64,000 nucleotides of DNA from Macrostomum hystrix (lineage: Eukaryota > Animalia > Platyhelminthes). Shown here one piece after another: positions 1 through 12,300 of this stretch. The position numbers and the translations under genes were made by a program. The DNA lies in assembly GCA_950097015.1 (NCBI GenBank), contig CATNEN010000026.1, positions 1,364,001 to 1,428,000 on the forward strand. The letters are read 5' to 3'. How positions within the stretch are numbered: position 1 is the stretch's first letter; each line of letters opens with the position of its first letter. The notes below the pieces were generated by a model. That model did no database searches, was not told where the DNA came from, and was given only the letters and a program-made list of their open reading frames with translations.

Positions 1-919
1 CCATATACTGGCCCATATTGGCCCACATATACTGGCCCATATTGGCCCACATATGCTGCCACATATACTGGCCCATATTGGCCCACATATACTGGCCCAT
101 ATTGGCCCACATATGCTGCCACATATACTGGCCCATATTGGCCCACATATACTGCCACATATACTGGCCCATATTGGCCCACATATACTGCCACATATAC
201 TGGCCCATATTGGCCCACATATGCTGCCACATATACTGGCCCATATTGGCTCACATATACTGGCCCATATTGGCCCACATATACTGGCCCATATTGGCCC
301 ACATATACTGGCCCATATTGGCCCACATATACTGGCCCATATTGGCCCACATATACTGGCCCATATTGGCCCACATATACTGGCCCATATTGGCCCACAT
401 ACGCTGGTTCATATTGGCCCACATATACTGGCCCATATTGGCCCACATATGCTGGCCCATATTGGCCCACATATACTGGCCCATATTGGCCCACATACGC
501 TGGTTCATATTGGCCCACATATACTGGCCCATATTGGCTCACATATACTGGCCCATATTGGCCCACATATGCTGGCCCATATTGGCTCACATATGCTGGC
601 CCATATTGGCCCACATATACTGGCCCATATTGGCCCACATATACTGGCCCATATTGGCCCACATATACTGGCCCATATTGGCCCACATATACTGACCCAT
701 ATTGGCCCATATTGGCCCACATACGCTGGTTCATATTGGCCCACATATACTGGCCCATATTGGCCCACATATACTGGCCCATATTGGCTCACATATACTG
801 GCCCATATTGGCCCACATATACTGACCCATATTGGCCCATATTGGCCCACATATCCCAGCCTATATTGGCCTACATATACTGGCCCATATTGGCCCACAT
901 ACGCTGGCCCATATTGGCT
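1..919 (+). repeat. 24-bp tandem array CCATATTGGCCCACATATACTGGC (left arm), with 12-bp insertion variants
   Basis: Direct reading; translates as HIYWPILA repeats. Confidence 0.97.
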
Positions 920-1223
920 GGTCCATATATTATAGCGCATAGGGCCAAAGTAATTACTAATTACTATAAAAAACAAGTACCTATTTCTCTTTAATACGGC
1001 TTGCCTCTTAAATATTTACTTGCCATGTAACTAATTGTGAATGGATTGTGAATGAGCAATGCTTGTATTGCGCAAAACTTGCACAGCAACATGTGTAGGA
1101 TACAAGTAGGAAACAAATTAATAGAAAGATTGTAACGCATGGATTGATTGGTTGACTGAAAGGTTCAGTCATGTAGGACACATTTGGTTTTCATAACCAC
1201 ATACTCTCCGCTGCATCTATAGT

Positions 1224-1697
1224 CTAGGTTTTCTTCTTCGCTTCAGCAGCTGACAGATCCCGCAATGGCCGCTTACGACGAGGCAACGACTTCATAGCTT
1301 CGATAGGCGCTTCAGGGGGTGTAGGGGGCATCTCGATTGCCCAAAACTGGGCATCGCCAGTTCGAATCTTCGGCTGGTTGCTGCGATGCCTGCCGGCCAC
1401 CTGTAGCCTCTTTCTTCGACTCTCAGGCGACAGATCGGCAAACCAGGCCTCGCAGTCCGGACAACAGTGCGCCTGGAGCTCCAGTCTGTCCTCTTTGCGT
1501 CGGCAGACATGCACACAGGCCGGCCCGGAGCTTCTCTCTGGAAGCCGATTGTAATCCGCTCGAATTTCAGCCGCCGTCTTTCCTTCGAATATGCCGCCTA
1601 AGGCGTGCCGACGAACCCCGTCTCTGGGGCCTGCGGCCTCAGACCCATCATCGCCGCACTCGCCGGGGCCCTGGGTCTCAGACCCATCATCGCCGCA
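1224..1697 (-). CDS. RBBP8: CtIP/Sae2 (RBBP8) C-terminal domain, isolated; no in-frame ATG (spliced exon or captured fragment)
   Basis: VCRRKEDRLELQAHCCPDCEAWFADLSPESRRKRLQVAGRHRS...FWAIEMPPT aligns with the CtIP C-terminus as I recall it ([41 protein letters not shown]...FWEVGFPST). CxxC, RHR and FW..P are retained. The frame is open from 1697 to TAG at 1224-1226. Confidence 0.8.
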   Translation of the reverse strand, partial: CGDDGSETQGPGECGDDGSEAAGPRDGVRRHALGGIFEGKTAAEIRADYNRLPERSSGPACVHVCRRKEDRLELQAHCCPDCEAWFADLSPESRRKRLQVAGRHRSNQPKIRTGDAQFWAIEMPPTPPEAPIEAMKSLPRRKRPLRDLSAAEAKKKT

Positions 1698-1850
1698 TCA
1701 TCATCATATATATTCTCGGGATCGGGATCGGGATTGGGATATATATATATACTCGGGATCGAGTACCTTCAACCCTTAATCGATACTTTATCACTTTGAA
1801 ACCTTCAAGACGAACAAATCAGTTACAAAATCACTGCGGGGAACAATCGC

Positions 1851-3990
1851 TTAAGGATCGATATCGGCGGCATCGTTTTCGCCGGCTCCGGCGGCAACAG
1901 TGGCAGTAGCTGCGGCGCCAGCGTTGTCGCCGACAACGGAGGCACCAGCTGCCGCGGCAGTCGGGACATCGGCGGCGGTAACGGTCTGCAGTCCCCTCTG
2001 CGTACGGGCCGTGCGCCTGAAAACGCTGCCCAGTAGAGTATCCGGCAAGCGTTTGGTCTGTGTGAGAACGAAGAAAGTGAAGTAATGAAAAACTAATATT
2101 CTAACAGTTTATATACAATGTATTCCGATGCTGTAGACATGACGCTGCACTAAATCGCCCAAAATAGTAGTACAACTAGTGTAGAACAGCAATGCACATA
2201 ATATTATGTACTAAAGAAAAGAAAAAGAAAAAGAAACAGTTAGTGTACAGCTTACGTCCAATTTTTTCTCTAGTAGATAAGCTCGGATGGCCCGCTTTTT
2301 CGTCTCGTCCAATCCCGGCCTGTTTGGCTTGTTTGATTTTTTGCTCTGGCGCCCTTCCCAGGAAGAGCCACTGAAGTCGGCAACAGTCAGGACGCCTCGG
2401 AAAAGTGTGCGGAGCATCGTGCCGCGCAGCTTTTGGCTGGTATCCGCCGCCTTGTATGCGCTGACGGCGGCCTCAATTTTGTTTAGCTTAGTGGTGGAAA
2501 CCGTCACAGTAGGGATGCTGCTTACTAAGGGCACAAGGACATCGGCATCCGCGATGGCATGAGCGGCTGTCCGCTGAGCAGCTGACGATCGCGATAGTCC
2601 CATTGAATCTATTGCCGCTGAGATGCCCAGCTGGCACACAAATGAAGATCTGCCGGCATCGTCGGTGCTGGAGTCGATGCTAGACGGCAAAACTGTAGCG
2701 TCGTGGGTATCTGACGGAAGTACATCAGAACCAACACAGTTGCTATCTGCAGACACAGCAGGCCCTCCGGTTGAATGCGCCATTATACTGTTGGGTAGTG
2801 CTTCCCATGTGGCGTTTAACTGCCTCAATAGTTCGTGGCCATATTGCAACGCCTGCTTGCCTGAGTCGACCATAAGTCGGGCAACTCTGTCGGCCTGCAG
2901 TGTACTGCGGCCCAGGGTGCGTATAGCGTTCGTCAAACGCTCGTTGAAATCAACGGCAGTCTGTAGGCGAGTGTCGTAGTCAGCCAGTAAGTCGTGATTC
3001 TGGGTTATTACGGCGTCTCTATCTTTGAGATCTTGAATCAGAGTCTCGTTCAGATTTTTGAGAGCCTCAAGCTCATCATTTAGGCGCCTGTTTGTTTCAA
3101 TTTCTGCGTCTGTTCGCTTCTGGGCATCCTGAACGCCGCTGCGGAGCTTGTGACACTCAACTTCCAGATTTCTGCAGCGTACGCAGTCACCGTCTGGCAC
3201 ATTAATTGTCGTCGTGCTAAGGACGCTTCGATTACTCGAATTAGGGCGGCCTGTTGACGACGAAGCGGCGGTGGAAGCCTGGTGCACGATGCGGCCCATG
3301 GCAGACGTTGCATCCTTTCGTATTCGAAAGGGGCCTGCGGTAATAAAAGCGCGATGCTTTTTGGCGCCAATGCTGCGTCCCGTGACGACATCAACCGCCG
3401 CGCCGATAGCTCGTTGGGCAGGTACGGCCGGCGAGACAATGTTTTTTGCGCTCACAACCTGAGAATGTAGATCAGTGGCATTCAAGTGGGATCGTGGAAT
3501 CCGATCATGATATCGACATGTCGGTATACTGCACACGTACATCTGCATCTGCATGTAGGGATGCTAAAATTTCAGATTCGCTCACCTGCAGAGAATTTGA
3601 AGAGCAGTAAGTGACTACCCAGAAGCTGTCACTCTGGATAGCAGGCGCAGCGATGGCAACTGGACTAGCGGAAGCATCAGCAGGCGGAATCTTCCGCTGC
3701 TGTAGCGGAAACCGTTTAGCTTTTCGGTTCTGTTGACCATCCTCGTCAGTTACGTCTGCAGCAGCTGATGCGCTCGGCGGCAGTGGGTCTTCCGTGCACC
3801 GGACCCGCTTGGATTCAGCGCTGCACTCATCAATTGCAGCTGCAGACCTCTTCAGCTGGTCTGTGTGGTCTGCGTGGCCGAAGTTGCTGTTGGCGTCCAA
3901 GTCGACATTCTTGCGTACAGCGGGTTTCCTTGGCTTGGCCGTCTGAGCCGCTTTTTCGGAGGCCTTCTGCTGCTTAGCCGTGGCCTTGGC
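1851..3990 (-). CDS. Coiled-coil + C-terminal BEN-domain protein (exons ~3990-3586, 3548-2256, 2057-1851; start codon not identified)
   Basis: GT-AG introns 3585-3549 (37 nt) and 2255-2058 both join in phase 0. Heptad coiled coil (LEVECHKLRSG...LNDELEALKNLNETLIQDLKD). BEN-like MLRTLFRGVLTVADFSGSSWEGRQSKKSNKPNRPGLDETKKRAIRAYLLEKKLD|TKRLPDTLLGSVFRRTARTQR resembles the BEN consensus (LL..LF..eel...s..G.......pLDp.kl..I). Confidence 0.72.
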
Positions 3991-4148
3991 TTATATTTCA
4001 TTGTGATATTAAACAAAGTTACATCATTTGCGCTGTGCAACTTGGACTTTAAAGTCATAAAAAACGTATTCGAATGCTAGTGAAAAAACAATCCATTTAT
4101 CTAGCCATTGACAAGCATACGCATTGGCTATTTAAATCCTTTTGCATG

Positions 4149-5995
4149 AGCCAATATGGGCCAGTATATGTGGGCCAATATGGGCCAGTATATGTGGGCC
4201 AATATGGGCCAGCATATGTGAGCCAATATGGGCCAGCATATGTGAGCCAATATGGGCCAGTATATGTGGGCCAATATGGGCCAGCATATGTGAGCCAATA
4301 TGGGCCAGCATATGTGAGCCAATATGGGCCAGTATATGTGGGCCAATATGGGCCAGCATATGTGAGCCAATATGGGCCAGTATATGTGGGCCAATATGGG
4401 CCAGCATATGTGAGCCAATATGGGCCAGTATATGTGGGCCAATATGGGCCAGCGTATGTGGGCCAATATGGGCCAGTATATGTGGGCCAATATGGGCCAG
4501 TATATGTGGGCCAATATGGGCCAGCGTATGTGGGCCAATATGGGCCAGTATATGTGGGCCAATATGGGCCAGTATATGTGGGCCAATATGGGCCAGCGTA
4601 TGTGGGCCAATATGGGCCAGTATATGTGGGCCAATATGGGCCAGCGCATGTGGGCCAATATGGGCCAGTATATGTGGGCCAATATGGGCCAGCATATGTG
4701 AGCCAATATGGGCCAGTATATGTGGGCCAATATGGGCCAGTATATGTGGGCCAGTATATGTGGCAGTATATGTGGGCCAATATGGGCCAGTATATGTGGC
4801 AGTATATGTGGGCCAATATGGGCCAGTATATGTGGACCAATATGGGCCAGTATATGTGGGCCAATATGGGCCAGTATATGTGGGCCAATATGGGCCAGTA
4901 TATGTGGGCCAATATGGGCCAGTATATGTGGCAGTATATGTGGGCCAATATGGGCCAGTATATGTGGCAGTATATGTGGGCCAATATGGGCCAGTATATG
5001 TGGCAGTATATGTGGGCCAATATGGGCCAGTATATGTGGGCCAATATGGGCCAGTATATGTGGCAGTATATGTGGGCCAATATGGGCCAGTATATGTGGG
5101 CCAATATGGGCCAGCGTATGTGGGCCAATATGGGCCAGTATATGTGGGCCAATATGGGCCAGCGCATGTGGGCCAATATGGGCCAGTATATGTGGGCCAA
5201 TATGGGCCAGCATATGTGAGCCAATATGGGCCAGTATATGTGGGCCAATATGGGCCAGTATATGTGGGCCAGTATATGTGGCAGTATATGTGGGCCAATA
5301 TGGGCCAGTATATGTGGCAGTATATGTGGGCCAATATGGGCCAGTATATGTGGGCCAATATGGGCCAGTATATGTGGGCCAATATGGGCCAGTATATGTG
5401 GGCCAATATGGGCCAGTATATGTGGGCCAATATGGGCCAGTATATGTGGCAGTATATGTGGGCCAATATGGGCCAGTATATGTGGCAGTATATGTGGGCC
5501 AATATGGGCCAGTATATGTGGCAGTATATGTGGGCCAATATGGGCCAGTATATGTGGGCCAATATGGGCCAGTATATGTGGCAGTATATGTGGGCCAATA
5601 TGGGCCAGTATATGTGGGCCAATATGGGCCAGTATATGTGGGCCAATATGGGCCAGTATATGTGGGCCAATATGGGCCAGTATATGTGGCAGTATATGTG
5701 GGCCAATATGGGCCAGTATATGTGGCAGTATATGTGGGCCAATATGGGCCAGTATATGTGGGCCAATATGGGCCAGTATATGTGGCAGTATATGTGGGCC
5801 AATATGGGCCAGTATATGGGCCAGTATATGTGGGCCAATATGGGCCAGTATATGTGGCAGTATATGTGGGCCAATATGGGCCAGTATATGTGGCAGTATA
5901 TGTGGGCCAATATGGGCCAGTATATGTGAGCCAATCTGGGTCAGCATATGTGGGCCAATATGGGCCAGCGCATGTGGGCCAATATGGGCCAGCAT
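4149..5995 (-). repeat. 24-bp tandem array, reverse complement of 1-919 (right arm), with internal ~518-bp duplication
   Basis: GCCAATATGGGCCAGTATATGTGG repeats; the variant GCGCATG context recurs at 4644 and 5162. Confidence 0.97.
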
Positions 5996-6470
5996 TCTTG
6001 GGTCACAATAGTGGGCCGAAAGTGGGCTGAATTGGACATTCGGCTCGTTATATGGGCCAATTATTAATGGGCTCTTAATGGGCCTATGTGGGCCACTTGT
6101 TGGCCCATCTATATGTGGGCCGAAACTGGGCAAAAAGCCCGCAAATTGGGCTAAAAGGCACTGGCCCACTGTTGGCCCACTGAAAAGCCCATACTTGCAT
6201 GAAAAAAGCCCTTTGGTTTGGCAACCGGGTCTATCTAGTAGATCTATCAATCAGCATCCACATCTATCTAGTAGATCTATCAATCAGCATCTACATTTAT
6301 CTTGTAATCTTGTTTATCTTGTAGATTAATCAATCGGAATCAACATTTATATTCTAGACCTATTTATCAATCAGGATCTAGTTTTTATCTATAGTAAATA
6401 TCTATAGAATAATCTTGTAGATCTAGACCTATATCTATAGATCCAACACAAGTGTCAAGCCATCGCCCAC

Positions 6471-6836
6471 CTTGGCTGCAGACTAGGATCGGCCAGCATG
6501 TCAGCCTCCTCTTTGCACACTACTGTGAGTAGGCAGCGCAGGAAGCGGTCTGCGTCAACTCGACTGTTTGGCGAAGTCTCTAGCGAGGCCAACAGACGCC
6601 TGTCGCAGATCAGCGAATCCACCAGCAGATTAACCAGGAATTGGTAGCGGGCATTCGGCTGTTCCATGATGTCATGCAGTGCAGCGGCTCGCTCTGTTGA
6701 CGTTGGCAACAGTAGGCGCCAGGCCTTCTCTAGGCAGGCCTGGGCGCTGCGTTGGATGCCGGAATAGCCGGCTAGGCCGCCTGTGGCCAGGTGCACAATG
6801 GCTGACTTCAGCTGAGCGGCCGTGTCCGCGGACAGC
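6471..6836 (-). CDS. HERC2: HERC2-like E3 ubiquitin ligase, exon 6 (gene continues beyond window start)
   Basis: SAQACLEKAWRLLLPTSTERAAAL...YQFLVNLLVDSL matches HERC2 SAAQAVLQSGWSVLLPTAEERARAL...RRFMIDLLVGSL (recalled). The acceptor CCCAAACAG is in phase 2 with exon 5; donor GTGGGC at 6470. Confidence 0.85.
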
Positions 6837-6884
6837 CTGTTTTGGGTGTGAAAAAATGTCTCATATAACAATAAAACAAAAATT

Positions 6885-7243
6885 ATAATTATAATTATAT
6901 TATATTATAATAATAATAATAATTATTATTATTATTATTATTGATTACACCTGCCCTAACTGCCAAAACTGCAGCCGACAGCACAACAGCAGCAATTGCG
7001 CAGCGCATCTGAAGGCTGCGTACGACTGTTCAGTCCATGGACTGGGGGGACGCCACGACCACCCTCAATCGTTTACATTATGGGTACAATGCTGGTACCT
7101 ATTTAATTGCTGAGTGAACTGAAGCAATGCAGAGTTGAATGTCTTGCTAAACGACACAGTTTGTTTTAGTGGGGTCGGGAATCGAACCCCCGACCTTCAA
7201 GTCGTGAGTCCGACACTCTAACCACTAGGCTATAAGCCCACGC
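6885..7243 (-). mobile_element. tRNA-headed SINE with CORE-like central domain and (TAA)n tail, copy 1
   Basis: A box TAGTGGTTAGAG, B box GGTTCGATT, and a central GTGTC..TAGCAAGACA..AACTCTGC..CAGTTCAC..AAAT.GGTACC resembling the MIR/CORE domain. Homologous to 27787-28075. Confidence 0.8.
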
Positions 7244-7420
7244 TGCGGGGTTGCTCAACTCTTCAGCAGCTTCTGTTTATTTAATTAATACACTTACCAT
7301 ACTACTCATCCGATTTTTAGACACTTTAACTAGCAAGTTTTGCCCCCCTTCGGGGAGCAGAAATACTTTTAATTCGTCTAGTATATACTTTTTAGCAGCT
7401 GAATTTACAGCTTTTTAAAG

Positions 7421-9297
7421 CTACAATGAACCCCCAGTTGACAATGATCCCCCAGTTGACAATGATCCCCCAGTTGACAATGAACCCCCAGTTGACAACG
7501 ATCCCACAGTTGACAATGATCCCCCATTTGACAATGATCCCCCAGTTGACAATGATCCCACAGTTAACAATGATCCCCCAGTTGACAAAGATCCCCCAGT
7601 TCACAATGATCACCCAGTTGATGATGATCCCCCAGTTGATGATGATCCCCCAGTTGACAATGAACCCCCAGTTGACAATGAACCCCCAGTTGACAACGAT
7701 CCCACAGTTGACAATGATCCCCCATTTGACAATGATCCCCCAGTTGACAATGATCCCACAGTTGACAATGATCCCCCAGTTGACAATGATCCCCCAGTTG
7801 ACAATGATCCCCCAGTTAACAAAGATCCCCCAGTTCACAATGATCCCCCAGTTGATGAAGTCTCCCCATTGATGATGATCCCCAGTTAACAATGTTCCTC
7901 CATTTGACAATGTTCCCCCAGTTGACAATGATCCCCCAGTTGATGATGATCACCCAGTTGACAATGATCCCCCAGTTGATGATGATCCCCCAGTTGACAA
8001 TGAACCCCCAGTTGACAATGAACCCCCAGTTGACAACGATCCCACAGTTGACAATGATCCCCCATTTGACAATGATCCCCCAGTTGACAATGATCCCACA
8101 GTTGGCAATGATCCCCCAGTTGACAAAGATCCCCCAGTTCACAATGATCACCCAGTTGATGATGATCCCCCAGTTGATGATGATCCCCCAGTTGAAAATG
8201 ATCCCCCAGTTGACAATGATCCCCCATTTGACAATGATCCCCCAGTTGACAATGATCCCCCAGTTAACAAAGATCCCCCAGTTCACAATGATCCCCCAGT
8301 TGATGAAGTCTCCCAATTGATGATGATCCCCAGTTAACAATGTTCCTCCATTTGACAATGTTCCCCCAGTTAACAATGATCCCCCAGTTAATGATGATTC
8401 CCCAGTTGAAAATGATCCCCCAGTTGACAATGATCCCCCAGTTGAGAATGATCCCCCAGTTGACAATGATCCCCCAGTTAACAAAGATCCCCCAGTTCAC
8501 AATGATCCCCCAGTTGATGAAGTCTCCCCATTGATGATGATCCCTAGTTAACAATGTTCCTCCAGTTGACAATGTTCCCCCAGTTGACAATGATCCCCCA
8601 GTTGATGATGATCCCCCAGTTGACAATGATCCCCAGTTGACAATGATCCCCCAGTTGACAATGATCCCCCAGTTGACAATGATCCCGCCGGTTGACAATG
8701 ATCCCACAGTTGACAATGAACCCCCAGTTGACAATGATCCCCCAGTTGATGAATGATCCCCCAGTTGACAATGGTCCCCCAGTTGACAATGATCCCCCAG
8801 TTGACAATGAACCCCCAGTTGACAACGATCCCCCAGTTGACAATGATCCCCCAGTTGACAATGATCCCCCAGTTGACAATGATCCCACAGTATACAATGA
8901 TCCCCCAGTTGACAAAGATCCCCCAGTTCTCAATGATCCCCCAGTTGATGATGATCCCCAGTTGATGATGATTCCCCAGTTGACAATTATCCCCCAGTTG
9001 ACCATTACCCCCCACTTGACAATGATCTCTCAGTTCACAATGATCCCCCAGTTGACAATGATCCCCCAGTTGACAATGAACCCCCAGTTGACAATGAACC
9101 CCCAGTTGACAAAGATCCCCCAGTTGACAATGATCCCCCATTTGACAATGATCCCCCAGTTGACAATGATCCCCCAGTTGACAATGATCCCCCGGTTGAC
9201 ATTGATCCCCCAGTCGACAATTATCCCCCAGTTTACCATGATCCCCCAGTTCACCATGATCCCCATTTTGATGATGACTCCCCAGTTGACGTTGATT
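7421..9297 (+). repeat. 18-bp minisatellite CCCCCAGTTGACAATGAT (~100 copies)
   Basis: Direct reading; MIPQLT repeat ORFs. Confidence 0.97.
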
Positions 9298-9309
9298 TTT
9301 CAAACAGGT

Positions 9310-12300
9310 TAGCCAAGATTCAAACTCAGGTTTCGCCATGTTTTAAACCCTGGTGGGCTATGATTCAAACTCTCGTTTTGCCATGATTCAGACTCTGGTT
9401 GGCTATGATTCAAACTCTGGTTTAGCCATGATTCAGACGCTGGTTTAGCCATGATTCAGACGCTGGTTTAGCCATGATTGAAACTCTGGTTTAGCCATGA
9501 TTCAAACTCTGGTTTAGCCATGATTCAGACGCTGGTTTAGCCATGATTCAGACTCTAGTTTAGCCATGATTCAGACTCTAGGTTTAGCCATGATTCAGAC
9601 TCTAGTTTAGCCATGATTCAGACTCTAGTTTAGCCATGATTCAGACTCTAGGTTTAGCCATGATTCAGACTCTGGTTTAGCCATGATTCAGACTCTATTT
9701 TAGCCATGATTCAGACTATGGTTTAGCCATGATTCAGACGCTGGTTTAGCCATGATTCAGACGCTGGTTTAGCCATGATTCAGACGCTGGTTTAGCCATG
9801 ATTGAAACTCTGGTTTAGCCATGATTCAAACTCTGGTTTAGCCATGATTCAGACGCTGGTTTAGCCATGATTCAGACTCTAGTTTAGCCATGATTCAGAC
9901 TCTGGTTTAGCCATGATTCAGACTCTGGTTTAGCCATGATTCAGACTCTATTTTAGCCATGATTCAGACTATGGTTTAGCCATGATTCAGACTCCAGTTT
10001 TGCCATGATTCAGACTCTGGTTTAGCCATGATTCAGACTCTGGTTTAGCCATGATTCAGACTCTGGTTAAGCCATGATTCAGACTCTGGTTTAGCCATGA
10101 TTTAAATTCTGGTTAAGCCATGATTCAGACTCTGGTTTAGCCATGATTCAAACTCTGGTTAAGCCATGATTCGAACTCTGGTTTAGCCATGATTCAAACT
10201 CTGGTTTAGCCATGATTCAAACTCTGGTTTAGCCATGATTCAGACGCTGGTTTAGCCATGATTCAGACTCTAGTTTAGCCATGATTCAGACTCTGGTTTA
10301 GCCATGATTCAGACTCTAGTTTAGCCATGATTCAGACTCTGGTTTAGCCATGATTCAGACTATAGTTTAGCCATGATTCAGACTCTGGTTTAGCCATGAT
10401 TCAGACTCTATTTTAGCCATGATTCAGACTCTGGTTTAGCCATGATTCAGACTCTATTTTAGCCATGATTCAGACTATGGTTTAGCCATGATTCAGACTC
10501 CAGGTTTAGCCATGATTCAGACTCTAGTTTAGCCATGATTCAGACTCTGGTTTAGCCATGATTCAGACTCTGTTTAAGCCATGATTCAGACTCTGGTTTA
10601 GCCATGATTCAAATTCTGGTTAAGCCATGATTCAGACTCTGGTTTAGCCATGATTCAGACTCTAGTTTAGCCATGATTCAGACTCTGGTTTAGCCATGAT
10701 TCAGACTCTATTTTAGCCATGCTTCAGACTATGGTTTAGCCATGATTCAGACTCCAGGTTTAGCCATGATTCAGACTCTGGTTTAGCCATGATTCAGACT
10801 CTGGTTTAGCCATGATTCAGACTCTGGTTAAGCCATGATTCAGACTCTGGTTTAGCCATGATTCAGACTCTGGTTTAGCCATGATTCAGACGCTGGTTTA
10901 GCCATGATTCAGACTCTGGTTTAGCCATGATTCAGACTCCAGTTTAGCCATGATTCAAGCTCATGGCTAAACCATGGTTTAGCCATGATTCAGACGCTGG
11001 TTTAGCCATGATTCAGACTCTAGTTTAGCCATGATTCAGACTCTGGTTTAGCCATGATTCAGACTCTAGTTTAGCCATGATTCAGACTCTGGTTTAGCCA
11101 TGATTCAGACTCTAGTTTAGCCATGATTCAGACTCTGGTTTAGCCATGATTCAGACTCTATTTTAGCCATGCTTCAGACTATGGTTTAGCCATGATTCAG
11201 ACTCCAGTTTAGCCATGATTCAGACTCTGGTTTAGCCATGATTCAGACTCTGGTTTAGCCATGATTCAGACTCTGGTTTAGCCATGATTCAGACGCTGGT
11301 TTAGCCATGATTCAGACTCTAGTTTAGCCATGATTCAGACTCTGGTTTAGCCATGATTCAGACTCTGGTTTAGCCATGATTCAAACTCTGGTTAAGCCAT
11401 GATTCAAACTCTGGTTTAGCCATGATTCAAACTCTGGTTTAGCCATGATTCAGACGCTGGTTTAGCCATGATTCAGACTCTGGTTTAGCCATGATTCAGA
11501 CTATGGTTTAGCCATGATTCAGACTATGGTTTAGCCATGATTCAAACTCTGGTTTAGCCATGATTCAGACTCTAGTTTAGCCATGATTCAGACTCTGGTT
11601 TAGCCATGATTCAGACTCTATTTTAGCCATGATTCAGACTATGGTTTAGCCATGATTCAGACGCTGGTTTAGCCATGATTCAGACGCTGGTTTAGCCATG
11701 ATTCAGACGCTGGTTTAGCCATGATTGAAACTCTGGTTTAGCCATGATTCAAACTCTGGTTTAGCCATGATTCAGACGCTGGTTTAGCCATGATTCAGAC
11801 TCTAGTTTAGCCATGATTCAGACTCTGGTTTAGCCATGATTCAGACTCTAGTTTAGCCATGATTCAGACTCTGGTTTAGCCATGATTCAGACTCTATTTT
11901 AGCCATGATTCAGACTATGGTTTAGCCATGATTCAGACTCCAGTTTTGCCATGATTCAGACTCTGGTTTAGCCATGATTCAGACTCTGGTTTAGCCATGA
12001 TTCAGACTCTGGTTAAGCCATGATTCAGACTCTGGTTTAGCCATGATTTAAATTCTGGTTAAGCCATGATTCAGACTCTGGTTTAGCCATGATTCAAACT
12101 CTGGTTAAGCCATGATTCAAACTCTGGTTTAGCCATGATTCAAACTCTGGTTTAGCCATGATTCAGACGCTGGTTTAGCCATGATTCAGACTCTAGTTTA
12201 GCCATGATTCAGACTCTGGTTTAGCCATGATTCAGACTCTAGTTTAGCCATGATTCAGACTCTGGTTTAGCCATGATTCAGACTCTAGTTTAGCCATGAT

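Larger units (their letters stand above)
1..6229. mobile_element. Putative foldback / CMC(CACTA)-like non-autonomous DNA element with tandem-repeat arms; left end outside window
   Basis: The same 24-bp monomer forms a forward array (1-919) and an inverted array (4149-~5995). Both inner ends stop at the same register (CCCATATTGGCT). The right arm decays into a unique tail ending TTTGGTTTGGCAACCGGG at 6229 (5'-CCC on the other strand). No transposase seen inside. Confidence 0.6.

Noticed and set aside
1337-3470. Plus-strand ORFs overlapping the CtIP and BEN coding regions
   Set aside because: Antisense shadows of GC-rich exons with no recognisable domains
18-6250. Long ORFs such as HIYWPILA, GQYGPVYV and CGPIWASI repeats (up to 717 aa)
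   Set aside because: Open in several frames on both strands because the 24-bp monomer lacks stops; pure repeat translations
3549-6471. In-frame HERC2-BEN fusion by splicing into the nested element
   Set aside because: The HERC2 exon 6 donor is phase 2, while the BEN acceptors are phase 1 (3989), 0 (3548) and 0 (2057); no simple in-frame join
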